A stretch of DNA of 64,000 bases, from the NCBI GenBank assembly GCA_963817385.1, contig CAWFOM010000006.1, forward strand, positions 96,001 through 160,000, written 5' to 3'. Source of the DNA: an uncultured delta proteobacterium. GTDB lineage: Bacteria > Desulfobacterota > Syntrophia > Syntrophales > UBA5619. Position 1 is the stretch's first letter, and the number at the start of each line of letters is the position of its first letter. Both the position numbers and the translations under genes were made by a program. The notes under the pieces were generated by a model. It made no database searches. It was given only the letters and a program-made list of their open reading frames with translations, and was not told the DNA's origin. Positions 41,528-51,935 of the stretch are shown here, in pieces.

Positions 41528-42562
41528 ATGAAGTACAGAACATTTACTCGTGTGGTTTGCAGTGTGGCTGTCATCGTGGCACTCGCGACATGGGCAACGG
41601 CAGACGCCCAAGCCCAGGCGAAGAAGCCACTCACCAAAATTACCGTCCTGGCTCCCGGCCCCTCAGCGGTAACGACGTTTAATTTCTTCGTCGCAGACGG
41701 CGAAGGCTACTTCAGGGACGAAGGGCTGGAGGCCAAGTGGGAAGCCGTGGATGGCTCTTCTCAGGTACTCCAGGCCGTGGCCGCTGAGAAGGCGCAAATC
41801 GGCCGACCCGGACCCGGCCCGGTCTTGGCCGCGCGCGGCCGCGGGTTAGACGTCGTCTGGCTCTACAATCTCTACCCGAAGAGCATATTCGGTCTGGTGG
41901 TAAAAAAGGATTCGTCCTACAAAACAGCCGGCGAATTGAAGGGTAAGGTGATCGGCGTCGGCACCGCGGACGGCGCCGAGGTCGCATTTGTTCGCCCAAT
42001 CTTCACCGATGCCGGCATGAAGGAGGGCAAGGACTATACGTTTCTGCCCGTGGGCGACGGCGGGATGGCCGCTGCGGCTTTCCTGCGCGGTGATATCGAG
42101 GCATATGCCGCTTCGATGTCCGATGCCGCAATCATTACGCGGCGGGGTATCCCGTTGCGAGAACTTACCCCTGAAAAGTATATGGCCCTGTTCGGGAATG
42201 GATTTGCAGCCCTGGGGTCATACATCAAGGCGAATCCCGAAGTAATGAAAGGTTTCGGCCGCGCCCTGGTCCGCGGAACCAAGTTTGGCCTGGTCAAGGC
42301 CAACCGGGATAAGGTGCTCCAGTATTGCAAGAAGGGGAACCCGCAGGAGGGTGAGGACGTCGCCCTTGCCACCGCGCTGCTTGAGCAGACCATAGATAGG
42401 ATGACTCCGTTGGATCCATCGAAAGGCTGGGGTTACAACTCGCCGGCAGGCTGGAAGCTCTGGCACGAGAGCGCTCTCGCCTCGGGCTTCCTGAAGGCGC
42501 CCCTGCCAAAACTGGAGGACGCCTATACAAACCAGTTCGTAAACTACTGGAATGGTAAGTAA
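41528..42562 (+). CDS. ABC transporter substrate-binding protein, SsuA/TauA/NMT1-THI5 family
   Basis: Signal peptide; A...GYFRDEGL, ELKGKVIGV. Confidence 0.85.
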   Translation: MKYRTFTRVVCSVAVIVALATWATADAQAQAKKPLTKITVLAPGPSAVTTFNFFVADGEGYFRDEGLEAKWEAVDGSSQVLQAVAAEKAQIGRPGPGPVLAARGRGLDVVWLYNLYPKSIFGLVVKKDSSYKTAGELKGKVIGVGTADGAEVAFVRPIFTDAGMKEGKDYTFLPVGDGGMAAAAFLRGDIEAYAASMSDAAIITRRGIPLRELTPEKYMALFGNGFAALGSYIKANPEVMKGFGRALVRGTKFGLVKANRDKVLQYCKKGNPQEGEDVALATALLEQTIDRMTPLDPSKGWGYNSPAGWKLWHESALASGFLKAPLPKLEDAYTNQFVNYWNGK

Positions 42563-42564
42563 CC

Positions 42565-43377
42565 ATGGCAAGGGAAAATACTCTTTCGCCTTTACCGGCC
42601 GGCCTTGAAGGCCGGCCGGTTTACGAACTGCGCGGGGTGAGCAAAACCTATAAAAGGCGCAACGTACATGCACTCGAAAAAATCGATCTTCGTCTGACCG
42701 AGGGGAGCTTCTGGGCGGTTATCGGATCGAGCGGCTGTGGAAAGTCCACCCTGCTCAAGATCATGACCGGCCTCCTGTCGCCGTCGGAAGGCAGTGTGAT
42801 GCTTTCCGGGAAACCGGTGACCGGTCCGCGGCGGGACATCGGGATGATGTTCCAGCAGCCCACCCTTTTCCCCTGGCGCACGGCCGTCGAAAATGTCGTC
42901 CTGCCGATCGAGATACGCGACGGAAAAAAAGCGGCCTTGGCCAAGTACGACGCCGCCAGGGCGCTGCTCGATCTGGTCGGCTTGAAGGGGTTCGAGCAGG
43001 TCTACCCGAACGAGTTATCGGGAGGGATGGCCCAGCGCGTGGCGATCTGCAGAATGCTGATCACCGAGCCGACCGTCCTGCTCCTGGACGAACCATTCAG
43101 CGCACTCGACGAGTTGAGCCGTGACTTCATGGACATGGAGTTGCAGAGGATCTGCAAGGAGCGCAACGCAACGACCTTCCTGGTCACCCATTCGATCCCC
43201 GAGGCCGTTATCCTCTCCGACGTGGTCAGCGTCATGTCCCCGCGCCCCGGGCGCCTCGCTGCCAATGTCACCATCGATCTACCCCGCCCGCGGACTCTGG
43301 AAATGATGACGGAACCGCGCTTCGCCGCGTTCGTCAAACAGATCCGCGAACTACTCGATAAAGGAGCATTCCTATGA
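42565..43377 (+). CDS. ABC transporter ATP-binding protein (NitT/TauT type)
   Basis: GSSGCGKST, LFPWRT, YPNELSGGMAQR, LLDEPFSALD. Confidence 0.92.
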   Translation: MARENTLSPLPAGLEGRPVYELRGVSKTYKRRNVHALEKIDLRLTEGSFWAVIGSSGCGKSTLLKIMTGLLSPSEGSVMLSGKPVTGPRRDIGMMFQQPTLFPWRTAVENVVLPIEIRDGKKAALAKYDAARALLDLVGLKGFEQVYPNELSGGMAQRVAICRMLITEPTVLLLDEPFSALDELSRDFMDMELQRICKERNATTFLVTHSIPEAVILSDVVSVMSPRPGRLAANVTIDLPRPRTLEMMTEPRFAAFVKQIRELLDKGAFL

Positions 43378-44243
43378 CTGACAAACTGACAGCGGCCGCC
43401 GAGGAGACTGTTTGTGAGACGACGGTATGGGCACTCGAAAAAGAGTCCTGGATCGACCGGATCCCGCGCCCGGTGACCATGGTATTGCTGCTGTTGGCCT
43501 TCTTGGGCATTTGGCAGGTGGTCTATCTCCTGAAGCTGATTTCGCACATCATCCTGCCCTCGCCGTTCGCGACGATTGAAGATATCGTCACGGTCGGTCT
43601 GAACCTTCTTACCGGGGATTATATGCTGAAATCGCTGTGGACGACGACCCAGGAGGTGCTTTTCGGCTTTATGATTGCAGTCGTACTCGGCTTTTCCCTC
43701 GGGCTGCTCGTCGGCGAGACGGACTTCGGCGAGCGGATGGTGATGCCCTATCTGGTTGCGGTCAACGCGATGCCTAAGGTGGCCTTCGCACCCCTGTTTG
43801 TGTCTTGGCTGGGCTTCGGCATCGCCTCCAAGGTGGCGCTCTCCGCCTTCGTTGCGATCTTCCCGATTATTGTGGCCACGGCGGCCGGGATCCACGCCGC
43901 GGACCAGAATGCACGCATGCTTTTCCGCACGATGGGCGCCACCCGCTGGCAAACCTTAACCCGCCTGAAGCTGCCCACGGGAATGCCTCTCTTTTTCACC
44001 GGGCTGAAGAACGGTGCGGTACTCTCGGTGGTCGGCGCGGTGGTGGGGGAGTTTCTGGGCGGCGGCAAGGGATTCGGCGAGCTGATCCGTATAGCCGCGT
44101 CCATGATCAACACACCGCGGGTCTTTGCTTTGATCATTTATCTCAGCTTGCTGGGCTTGACGACCTTCGGGATAGTGATCTGGCTGCAACGTAAATTGAT
44201 CTTCTGGCACAAGGAAACCGTTGCCGAAGAGTTGTTTGAGTAG
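43374..44243 (+). CDS. ABC transporter permease (NitT/TauT type)
   Basis: ILPSP, MPKVAFAPL, MGATRWQ...KLP, GAVVGEF. Confidence 0.92.
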   Translation: MTDKLTAAAEETVCETTVWALEKESWIDRIPRPVTMVLLLLAFLGIWQVVYLLKLISHIILPSPFATIEDIVTVGLNLLTGDYMLKSLWTTTQEVLFGFMIAVVLGFSLGLLVGETDFGERMVMPYLVAVNAMPKVAFAPLFVSWLGFGIASKVALSAFVAIFPIIVATAAGIHAADQNARMLFRTMGATRWQTLTRLKLPTGMPLFFTGLKNGAVLSVVGAVVGEFLGGGKGFGELIRIAASMINTPRVFALIIYLSLLGLTTFGIVIWLQRKLIFWHKETVAEELFE

Positions 44244-44313
44244 GAACAATTCAAGTCGTAACTGATAAAATATAAAACAAATTTTATCAGAAAAACAAAC
44301 ACCAAGAGGAACC

Positions 44314-45162
44314 ATGAAACTTCTTACCTACCGAGCAGACAACGGGCCGCGTGTAGCGATTCTCACCGGGGCAGGCGTAGAGGACGTCGTCCCTGAGACG
44401 GGCGACGCCTATAGCATCATTGCCGCGGGGGGCATACCCAAGACCAATGGTAAGCCTAAGCCGCTCGCTTCGATAAAGTTGCTCGCGCCCATCGCAGAGC
44501 TCAAGCGGCCGGTCATCGCCATCGGGCTCAACTACAAAAAGCACGCCGATGAGAGCGCCCGAAAGACCGGCCAGCGGAAAGTGGGCGTCTACCCGGAGAA
44601 CCCTATTTTCTTCAGCAAATGGCCCGGCTCACACAATGGGCCCGATGGTGAGATCGTCCACCATGCGATCACCCGGGAACTCGATTACGAATGCGAGCTG
44701 GTCATTGTTATCGGCAAGCAGGGGATCAACATCCCGAAGGACCGGGCTATGGACCACGTCTACGGCTATACGATCATGAACGAGGTTTCGGCCCGTGATA
44801 TCCAGCGTCGCCACACCCAGTTGTTCAAGGGCAAAGGTTTGGACACCTTCGGTCCGCTGGGGCCGTGGATTGTCACCAAGGATGAGGCCGGCGACGGCAA
44901 CAACCTTGCCCTCCAGAGCCGGGTGAACGGCCAGACGCGACAGAACTCCAACACCAACGACATGATCTTCGACATTGCCACGATCATCTCGGTCCTCTCG
45001 GAGGGTTTCACCCTCCGTCCGGGCGACCTCATCGCCACCGGTACGCCCGAGGGCGTGGGCTTTGCCATGGACCCCCCCGGAACCCTGAATCCGGGAGATG
45101 TTGTGGAATGTGAGATCGAGAAGATCGGGGTGCTGCGCAACCACGTCGTCGCGCCGAAGTAA
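44314..45162 (+). CDS. Fumarylacetoacetate hydrolase family protein
   Basis: IGLNYKKH, LDYECEL, NEVSARD.Q, GKGLDTFGPLGP, GDLIATGTPEGVG. Confidence 0.93.
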   Translation: MKLLTYRADNGPRVAILTGAGVEDVVPETGDAYSIIAAGGIPKTNGKPKPLASIKLLAPIAELKRPVIAIGLNYKKHADESARKTGQRKVGVYPENPIFFSKWPGSHNGPDGEIVHHAITRELDYECELVIVIGKQGINIPKDRAMDHVYGYTIMNEVSARDIQRRHTQLFKGKGLDTFGPLGPWIVTKDEAGDGNNLALQSRVNGQTRQNSNTNDMIFDIATIISVLSEGFTLRPGDLIATGTPEGVGFAMDPPGTLNPGDVVECEIEKIGVLRNHVVAPK

Positions 45163-45512
45163 CGGTATTTTATACAATCCCCCGATCGCCTTTGCCTTCA
45201 TGTTTACCTGATCGGTAAACAGCCGGATCCCTTGTATGCCCTGAGAATCCTCTTCAGATCTCCAGAAGAGGGAAAATCCGTCATGAAGATTGGGAGAGAT
45301 TTGCACAATTCGTCACTCACACCAATGGAAGGATCGGCATACCAACTGAAGCAGGGATGACTGGTCGATAAGATGGTGCATCACTGAGCGGATACAGGGA
45401 GTTTCTTCGAACGATAAATCTCCGTTCCGGTATGGGAAACATCGGAGAATTCCTTTCATGGAGTTGAGCGGGCATATGGGGAGATCGTCAGTGCATCTGG
45501 TAGGAGGATGAT

Positions 45513-45971
45513 GTGGGAAGACAACGAGTTGCGGGTTTCATATTCCTTTTCATCGGGGTTCTCTTTTTCGCGGACTCGCTTCAGCTTTCCTGGGGTTCAT
45601 GGGCGGAACCGGGCCCGGCGCCCTTTCCGTTGGCTGTTTCTCTGCTACTTTCAATTGCAGGTATCGGCAAAATTGTTCAGGACCAAAAAGCGGGGGGAAA
45701 AGGAGGGCGGATAGAATGGCGTGCGATGGCCCGCGGCTTCCTTACCCCGCTGAAGATTCTTGGCACCACCCTGATATTCATCCTGGTCCTGGAACGATTG
45801 GGGTACCTCGTTGCCACGCTGCTTTTCCTGTTTGTCCTTTTCCTGTGGGTGGGTCGTTACCGCGTATGGATCGCCATGGGACTTTCCGTCGTCATCGGTG
45901 CGGGGAGCTGGTATTTTTTTGAGATGATTCTCAAGGTCCAACTGCCTGAGGGATTATTGCGGTATTTGTAG
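45513..45971 (+). CDS. tctB: TctB small membrane subunit
   Basis: EPGPAPFP, LERLGY, LKVQLPEG. Confidence 0.88.
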   Translation: MGRQRVAGFIFLFIGVLFFADSLQLSWGSWAEPGPAPFPLAVSLLLSIAGIGKIVQDQKAGGKGGRIEWRAMARGFLTPLKILGTTLIFILVLERLGYLVATLLFLFVLFLWVGRYRVWIAMGLSVVIGAGSWYFFEMILKVQLPEGLLRYL

Positions 45972-46008
45972 CACGTCTTCCGAAAACAGAGGGAAATGAG
46001 GGATACCG

Positions 46009-47520
46009 ATGGATGTTCTCGACAATCTGATTTACGGATTTCAGACTGCGCTGACGCTTCAAAATATCTATCTCTGTTTCATCGGATGTTTGTGGGGGAC
46101 GATGGTGGGAGTACTTCCCGGCATCGGTCCCGTGGCGGGTATCACCCTCCTCATTCCTGCCACGTTCGGTCTCAATGCGACGAGCGCCCTCATCATGCTG
46201 GCGGGAATTTACTACGGAGCCATGTATGGCGGGTCGACAACCTCCATCTTGATGAATGTTCCCGGAGAATCCGCGTCGGTTGTTACCTGCATTGACGGCT
46301 ATCAGATGACTCTCAAAGGGCGGGGGGGAGCCGCCCTGTTTATCAGCGCATGGGGATCTTGGATCGGAGGAACCTTCAGTATCATCGGTGTCATGTTGTT
46401 GACTCCCGTTCTTGCGGATCTGGCGGTGAAACTGGGTCCTGCCGAGATGTTCGCCATACTGCTCCTCTGTTTCATTTTGCTGGCATCCCTCGGCAGCGGT
46501 TCGTTCTTTGATACCATGCCGGTCATTCTCATTGGTCTGTTGGTCTGTACGGTGGGGATTGACAGTCAGAGCGGGGAACAGCGGTTTACTCATGGCATTA
46601 CGAATCTTTATGACGGGATTGGATTCCTTCCGGTCGGTATGGGTGCGCTGGGGGTGGCGGAAGTTCTTCGGTCCACCGAGGAAAATCTGTTAAGAATCGT
46701 CAATAAGGTCAGATTGCGGGAACTACTTCCCACCCGAAGTGAACTCCGTGCCTCGTGGGGTCCCATTATTCGCGGCTCCGGCCTCGGGTTTGTCATCGGC
46801 CTTCTTCCCGGCTCCGCTCATATTCTCTCGAGCTTCCTGAGTTATGCGCTTGAGAAAAAACTTGCGACGAAGCCGGAAGAATTTGGAACCGGCCGTATTG
46901 AAGGAGTAGCCGGGCCGGAGACGGCCAACAATGCCGCCTCCGGAAGCGCTCTCATTCCCCTTCTGGCGTTGGGCATCCCCACAGGAAACGCGCCCGCCGT
47001 GATGCTGATTGCGTTACTGATCCATGGCGTACGCCCGGGCCCCCTTCTTATCTCGGAATCACCGGAGATTTTTTGGGGTTTGGTGGCAAGCATGTACATC
47101 GGAAATCTCGTCCTGGTGATCCTGAACCTTCCGCTCGTGGGCATCTTCGTGAAGCTGCTCCGCATTCCGTTCCGTATCCTTTTCCCGATCATCATCTTGG
47201 TCTGCCTGGTCGGGACCTATTCCATCAAGGGGAGCACCTTCGAACTGGGCGTGCTTTTATTTTTCGGATTACTTGGGTATATCTTGCGGAAATTGAAGTA
47301 TGACGTTCCACCGTTGATTCTGGCGTTGATCGTCGGGCAGACGATGGAGATGAGTTTTCGCCAGTCACTGATGCGGAGCGGGGGGTCCTTCTCCATCTTT
47401 TGGGAGAGTCCTATGGCGATGGTCCTTATTCTTATCTCGTTTTTCATGATTTCCTGGAATATATACCGTGCCATGAGGCCTGAAAAGGCATCGTGGGAAA
47501 AGGCATTAGAGGAGGGCTGA
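46009..47520 (+). CDS. tctA: TctA large membrane subunit
   Basis: GVLPGIG, YGGSTTSILMNVPGE, GVAGPETANNA. Confidence 0.95.
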   Translation: MDVLDNLIYGFQTALTLQNIYLCFIGCLWGTMVGVLPGIGPVAGITLLIPATFGLNATSALIMLAGIYYGAMYGGSTTSILMNVPGESASVVTCIDGYQMTLKGRGGAALFISAWGSWIGGTFSIIGVMLLTPVLADLAVKLGPAEMFAILLLCFILLASLGSGSFFDTMPVILIGLLVCTVGIDSQSGEQRFTHGITNLYDGIGFLPVGMGALGVAEVLRSTEENLLRIVNKVRLRELLPTRSELRASWGPIIRGSGLGFVIGLLPGSAHILSSFLSYALEKKLATKPEEFGTGRIEGVAGPETANNAASGSALIPLLALGIPTGNAPAVMLIALLIHGVRPGPLLISESPEIFWGLVASMYIGNLVLVILNLPLVGIFVKLLRIPFRILFPIIILVCLVGTYSIKGSTFELGVLLFFGLLGYILRKLKYDVPPLILALIVGQTMEMSFRQSLMRSGGSFSIFWESPMAMVLILISFFMISWNIYRAMRPEKASWEKALEEG

Positions 47521-47633
47521 TGATCCGATGAGAAAGATTGAGATGGCACAATGTCCTTGATGAAAGGTGAATTGTGGCGAACAAGGGACTGAAGATGTCT
47601 TGATCATCCAAGCAAAGAAAGGGAGGGTTTTTC

Positions 47634-48611
47634 ATGAAGAAGATACTGAGCGTCACGGCAATAATCGCAATTCTCATGCTAACCATCACTCAGGTTTCGA
47701 TGTCGGCGGAATATCCAACAAAACCCGTCACCCTCATTAGCCCTATGGCGCCGGGAGGGATGCACGATGTCATAGGTCGTTCATTCGCAACGGTTGCGGA
47801 AAGGACATTCGGTAAACCGGTCGTCGTAACCAATGTAGCGGGGGCGGCCGGTCTGATCGGGGGGCATAAGATTGTTTCTGCCGATCCGGACGGCTATACC
47901 CTCGGCGTGGACTCGACCACCATCACGAATTCGGTAACATGGGAGATCGCCAACGGACGGACCCCCCCCTTCATGTTAAAAGACCTGGACTTGATCGGAT
48001 CTCTGACACTGGGTCCTCCATTGGTTCTGGTCCCGTTCAACAGCCCCTGGCAGACACTCACTGACCTGATAAGAGATTGTAAGGCAAAGCCCGATTTTTA
48101 TGCCTACTCGTCTGCCGGTCATATGGGGGGTACGCACATCGCCGCGGCGATATTGGTAAACGGGGCGGGACTCAAGGTCCGCCATGTGCCTTACGTAGGC
48201 GGGGGAGCGGCAATTTCGGCTCTCGTGGGGGGGCACGTCCATTTCATGTGTCAGTATGTTCCCGGCGCCTTTTCCTTGGTACGCGGTAAAAAGTTACGGG
48301 CGCTGGCTGTCCAGGGGGGCAGCAGGGTAAAAACTCTGCCCGATGTTCCTACCGTAAGGGAGCTCGGGATCGATGCGGAGTGGGAGCAGTGGTATGGGAT
48401 GTCGGCGGCAAAAAATATTCCCGCGCCGATTATGCAAAAGATCAGAGATATTATGAAGCGGGTTAGTGAGGACGATGCGTTCATCAAGGTCATGCAAAAC
48501 CAGGGAGATGATGTCGTTTATATGGATCATATCCAATTGGCCAAGCATCGGGAGATTGAAGCTGAGAAGGCCATGAAGCTCTTTAAAAAATTCATTGCGG
48601 AGAAAAAATAG
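47634..48611 (+). CDS. tctC: TctC/Bug substrate-binding protein #4
   Basis: YPTKPV..APGG..D, PDGYTL, HVPYVGGG, PDVPTVRELG. Confidence 0.92.
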   Translation: MKKILSVTAIIAILMLTITQVSMSAEYPTKPVTLISPMAPGGMHDVIGRSFATVAERTFGKPVVVTNVAGAAGLIGGHKIVSADPDGYTLGVDSTTITNSVTWEIANGRTPPFMLKDLDLIGSLTLGPPLVLVPFNSPWQTLTDLIRDCKAKPDFYAYSSAGHMGGTHIAAAILVNGAGLKVRHVPYVGGGAAISALVGGHVHFMCQYVPGAFSLVRGKKLRALAVQGGSRVKTLPDVPTVRELGIDAEWEQWYGMSAAKNIPAPIMQKIRDIMKRVSEDDAFIKVMQNQGDDVVYMDHIQLAKHREIEAEKAMKLFKKFIAEKK

Positions 48612-48627
48612 AGGTGAGGAGATCGCT

Positions 48628-49089
48628 ATGACCAAAGACCGGGCGGCAGGCCTCATGTTTCTGGCGGCAGGGGCGTATGGGCTGTTTTTTTCTCTTCAAC
48701 TTCCGATGGGTAAGTGGAATGAACCGGGTGCCGGGGTCTTCCCGCTCGTCCTTTCGATCCTGCTGTTGATATCGGGAATAGCATGGATTATCCGCGGGAA
48801 ACGCGGGGGGGGCGGTGACGCTGAGGATAAGAAGGTGGACGGATATGCTATCGTCAAGCAACTGTCGACGCCACTGAAAATTATCGTCCTTACGGCTCTG
48901 TTCATTCTGGTCTTGAACCGGGTGGGCTACATAGTGACCGCAACTCTGTACATCTTCACGCTCCTCATCTGGGTATCTCGATATCGGCTCGTCGTTTCCA
49001 TCGCGCTTGCCGTTTTCATCGGAGTGGGAAGCTGGTTATTTTTTGAAAGGATTCTTGCGGTGCCGTTACCCCAGGGATTCCGCTTGTAG
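48628..49089 (+). CDS. tctB: TctB small membrane subunit
   Basis: EPGAGVFP, RVGY, LAVPLPQG; GAGGAG RBS. Confidence 0.88.
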   Translation: MTKDRAAGLMFLAAGAYGLFFSLQLPMGKWNEPGAGVFPLVLSILLLISGIAWIIRGKRGGGGDAEDKKVDGYAIVKQLSTPLKIIVLTALFILVLNRVGYIVTATLYIFTLLIWVSRYRLVVSIALAVFIGVGSWLFFERILAVPLPQGFRL

Positions 49090-49125
49090 TCGTTCACGGT
49101 AGCCATTCCCGGGCGGAGGTTGTTC

Positions 49126-50640
49126 ATGGATGTTGCAAACGGTCTGTTAAGCGGATTTCAAACTGCACTGAGTCTTCAGAATATTTACCTCTGCTTTATC
49201 GGTTGTCTATGGGGAACGATGGTAGGGGTTTTGCCGGGGATCGGCCCCCTCGCCGGGATCACCCTGCTCATCCCGGCGACGTTTGGACTCGACGCAACCG
49301 GCGCTATCATCATGCTCGCAGGCATTTATTACGGCGCCATGTATGGCGGCTCGACCACGTCGATCCTCATGAACGTTCCGGGAGAATCGGCCTCAGTTGT
49401 CACCTGCATCGAAGGCTATCAGATGACCCTCAAAGGGCGCGGCGGGGCAGCCCTCTTCATCTCGGCCTGGGGGTCCTTCATCGGAGGAACCCTGAGTATC
49501 ATCGGGCTCATGGTGTTGGCGCCGACGTTGGCCAATTTTGCCATGAAGTTCGGTCCTCCCGAGATGTTTTCGGTCCTATTGGTCGCGTTTATTCTCCTCG
49601 GCTCCTTGGGCAGCGGGTCCTTCTTCAGGACCATGCCCATGGTTTTTCTGGGTTTGCTGATCGGCGCCGTGGGAATGGACCAGTTAACCGGGGCGCTGCG
49701 TTTTACCCATGGTGTTACGGAACTGTATGACGGCATCGGTCTTCTCCCCGTCGCAATGGGTGCCATGGGGGTCGGGGAGATTCTTGTTGCCACGGAAGAG
49801 AGTCTCACGCGGGTGATCCACAAAATAAAACTTCGCGAGCTGTTACCGACGCGCGAAGAGCTGCGCTCCTCCTGGGGGCCCATTTTCCGTGGATCGGGTA
49901 TTGGGTTCGCGATCGGTCTGTTGCCCGGGTCAGCCCATGTCCTGTCGAGTTTCGTCAGTTACATGACGGAAAAGAGATTGGCCCATCGACCGGAAGAGTT
50001 CGGAAGCGGCCGCATCGAAGGGGTGGCCGGTCCGGAGACGGCCAATAATGCCGCTTCGGGTAGTGCGATGATCCCCTTCCTGAGTTTGGGCATCCCTACC
50101 GGACCCGCCCCTGCGGTCATGATGATTGCCCTTCTCATCCATGGGATTTCTCCCGGTCCCCTCTTCATCTCAAAGTACCCGGAGGTATTTTGGGGTTTGA
50201 TCGCAAGCATGTATATCGGGAATGTCATCCTGATCATCCTGAACCTGCCCCTGGTGGGGGTCTTCGTCAGCCTGCTGAGAATTCCGTTCCGTATTCTCTT
50301 CCCCGTCATTTTACTCATCTGCCTGGTCGGGACCTATTCGGTGAATTCGAGCACCTTTGAATTGTCCGTGCTCTTGTTCTTTGGAATTCTGGGGTATTTC
50401 AACAGAAAGATTCAGTACGATATGGCGCCCCTCATTCTGGCCATGATTATCGGGCCGACTATGGAATTGAGCCTGCGTCAGGCCCTGATGCGCAGTGACG
50501 GCTCGTTCATGATTTTCTTGGAGAGCCCGATCACCATGACGCTCATTACTGCTTCATTTCTCCTGCTGTTTTGGAATATCTATCGAAGTTTAAAACCGAC
50601 GAAGGCTTCCTGGGAAAAGGCATTGGAAGAAGGCAAATAA
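49126..50640 (+). CDS. tctA: TctA large membrane subunit (close paralog of 46009-47520)
   Basis: Long identical stretches with 46009-47520, including C-terminal KASWEKALEEG. Confidence 0.95.
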   Translation: MDVANGLLSGFQTALSLQNIYLCFIGCLWGTMVGVLPGIGPLAGITLLIPATFGLDATGAIIMLAGIYYGAMYGGSTTSILMNVPGESASVVTCIEGYQMTLKGRGGAALFISAWGSFIGGTLSIIGLMVLAPTLANFAMKFGPPEMFSVLLVAFILLGSLGSGSFFRTMPMVFLGLLIGAVGMDQLTGALRFTHGVTELYDGIGLLPVAMGAMGVGEILVATEESLTRVIHKIKLRELLPTREELRSSWGPIFRGSGIGFAIGLLPGSAHVLSSFVSYMTEKRLAHRPEEFGSGRIEGVAGPETANNAASGSAMIPFLSLGIPTGPAPAVMMIALLIHGISPGPLFISKYPEVFWGLIASMYIGNVILIILNLPLVGVFVSLLRIPFRILFPVILLICLVGTYSVNSSTFELSVLLFFGILGYFNRKIQYDMAPLILAMIIGPTMELSLRQALMRSDGSFMIFLESPITMTLITASFLLLFWNIYRSLKPTKASWEKALEEGK

Positions 50641-50701
50641 GCCAATTTCACTTATCTACGGGAAAGTGACTTGTATCGATTTATGAAGAGGAGGAAGGGA
50701 T

Positions 50702-51808
50702 ATGGTCAAACAAGCGGAAGAAGGAGCGACTCATCATAAGGAACTCGGGATTGCCGTTGTCGGTGCGGGCCGCATGGGGACGCGGCGGGCCAGTATTGCC
50801 GCGACTCACCCGGCAGTCAGGTTCCTGGCCATTTCCGACATCGATTCCTCGCGGGCCCGTTCGTTGGGTGAACAGGTGCATGCTCACTTCACCTCGGGAG
50901 ATAATCTTGAGGTCATCTCGCGACCGGAGGTGAATGCGGTCATTGTCTCAACCCCCGAGCACGATCACACCCTGGCCGTTCTTCAGGCCCTCAAGCTCGG
51001 CAAACCGGTTCTTGTGGAAAAACCGATTGCGCTCAGCCTCGAAGATGCAAATACCATTGTAGCCGCGGTTAACGAGGCGAAAGGCGATCTTTTTGTCGGG
51101 TATAGTAAACGATATACCCGCTCCTATATCCTCGCAAAAGAATATATCTCCAAGGGGTGTCTCGGGCAGATGGTCGGGGCATCGACACGGGTCTATAACT
51201 CGCGGGCGCAGGCGTTCCAAATTCTTAAACGCTCCTTCCATGCCACGCCGGTTCTGGATGTTCTGACGTACTATGTGGATCTGATCTGCTGGTTTTTTGA
51301 AGGCAATTCTCCCGCGGAAGTGGTCGCCCGCGGTCAAAAGGGTGTGTTCAAGGAGGCCGGGTACACCGCCGACGATGTGACCTGGGCGATCCTGACATTT
51401 TCCGATGGCGCTGTTGTAAGCCTTGGCGTTGACTACGCATTTCCGGAGAAGTATCCCAGCCTCGGACAGAGTCCGCGTACGGAAATTCTCGGCACGGAAG
51501 GGGTGATCCTGCTTGATGAGGATCACAAGGAGCATATCCTCTATACAAACCGGGGCGTGAGCCACGGGTATGTCCCCGGACACGATATCCCCATGGCATT
51601 CCTGGGCACTTCCTCCTCCGGGGACTTTGCCCTGGGTGATTTCTGGGGGCCTCAGGCCGACGAGACCCGCGGCTGGCTCGATTACCTCTCAACGGGGCGA
51701 CCGTGCATTCTTCCTCGACCTGCGGAGGGGTTAAAAACGCTGGAAATAACCCTGGCGATCGAGCGAGCGGTCAAAACGAAGGAATCGGTACGATTGCCGC
51801 TCGCGTGA
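50702..51808 (+). CDS. Gfo/Idh/MocA-family NAD(P)-dependent oxidoreductase
   Basis: IAVVGAGRMG, VSTPEHDH, GKPVLVEKP. Confidence 0.9.
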   Translation: MVKQAEEGATHHKELGIAVVGAGRMGTRRASIAATHPAVRFLAISDIDSSRARSLGEQVHAHFTSGDNLEVISRPEVNAVIVSTPEHDHTLAVLQALKLGKPVLVEKPIALSLEDANTIVAAVNEAKGDLFVGYSKRYTRSYILAKEYISKGCLGQMVGASTRVYNSRAQAFQILKRSFHATPVLDVLTYYVDLICWFFEGNSPAEVVARGQKGVFKEAGYTADDVTWAILTFSDGAVVSLGVDYAFPEKYPSLGQSPRTEILGTEGVILLDEDHKEHILYTNRGVSHGYVPGHDIPMAFLGTSSSGDFALGDFWGPQADETRGWLDYLSTGRPCILPRPAEGLKTLEITLAIERAVKTKESVRLPLA

Positions 51809-51935
51809 TCAATGAAACCGACCGACCCTGCATCTTCAGGTGTAGCCGGCATTTCCCCTTTTGGGGATCACCGGCACGACAGCATTACTGATTGGTAAAG
51901 AGGTTTACTCTTTTTCATAAAACGGAGGTGGAATC

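Noticed and set aside
47544..47560. Sigma54 promoter (TGGCAC) upstream of tctC #4
   Set aside because: No TTGC at the required -12 spacing.
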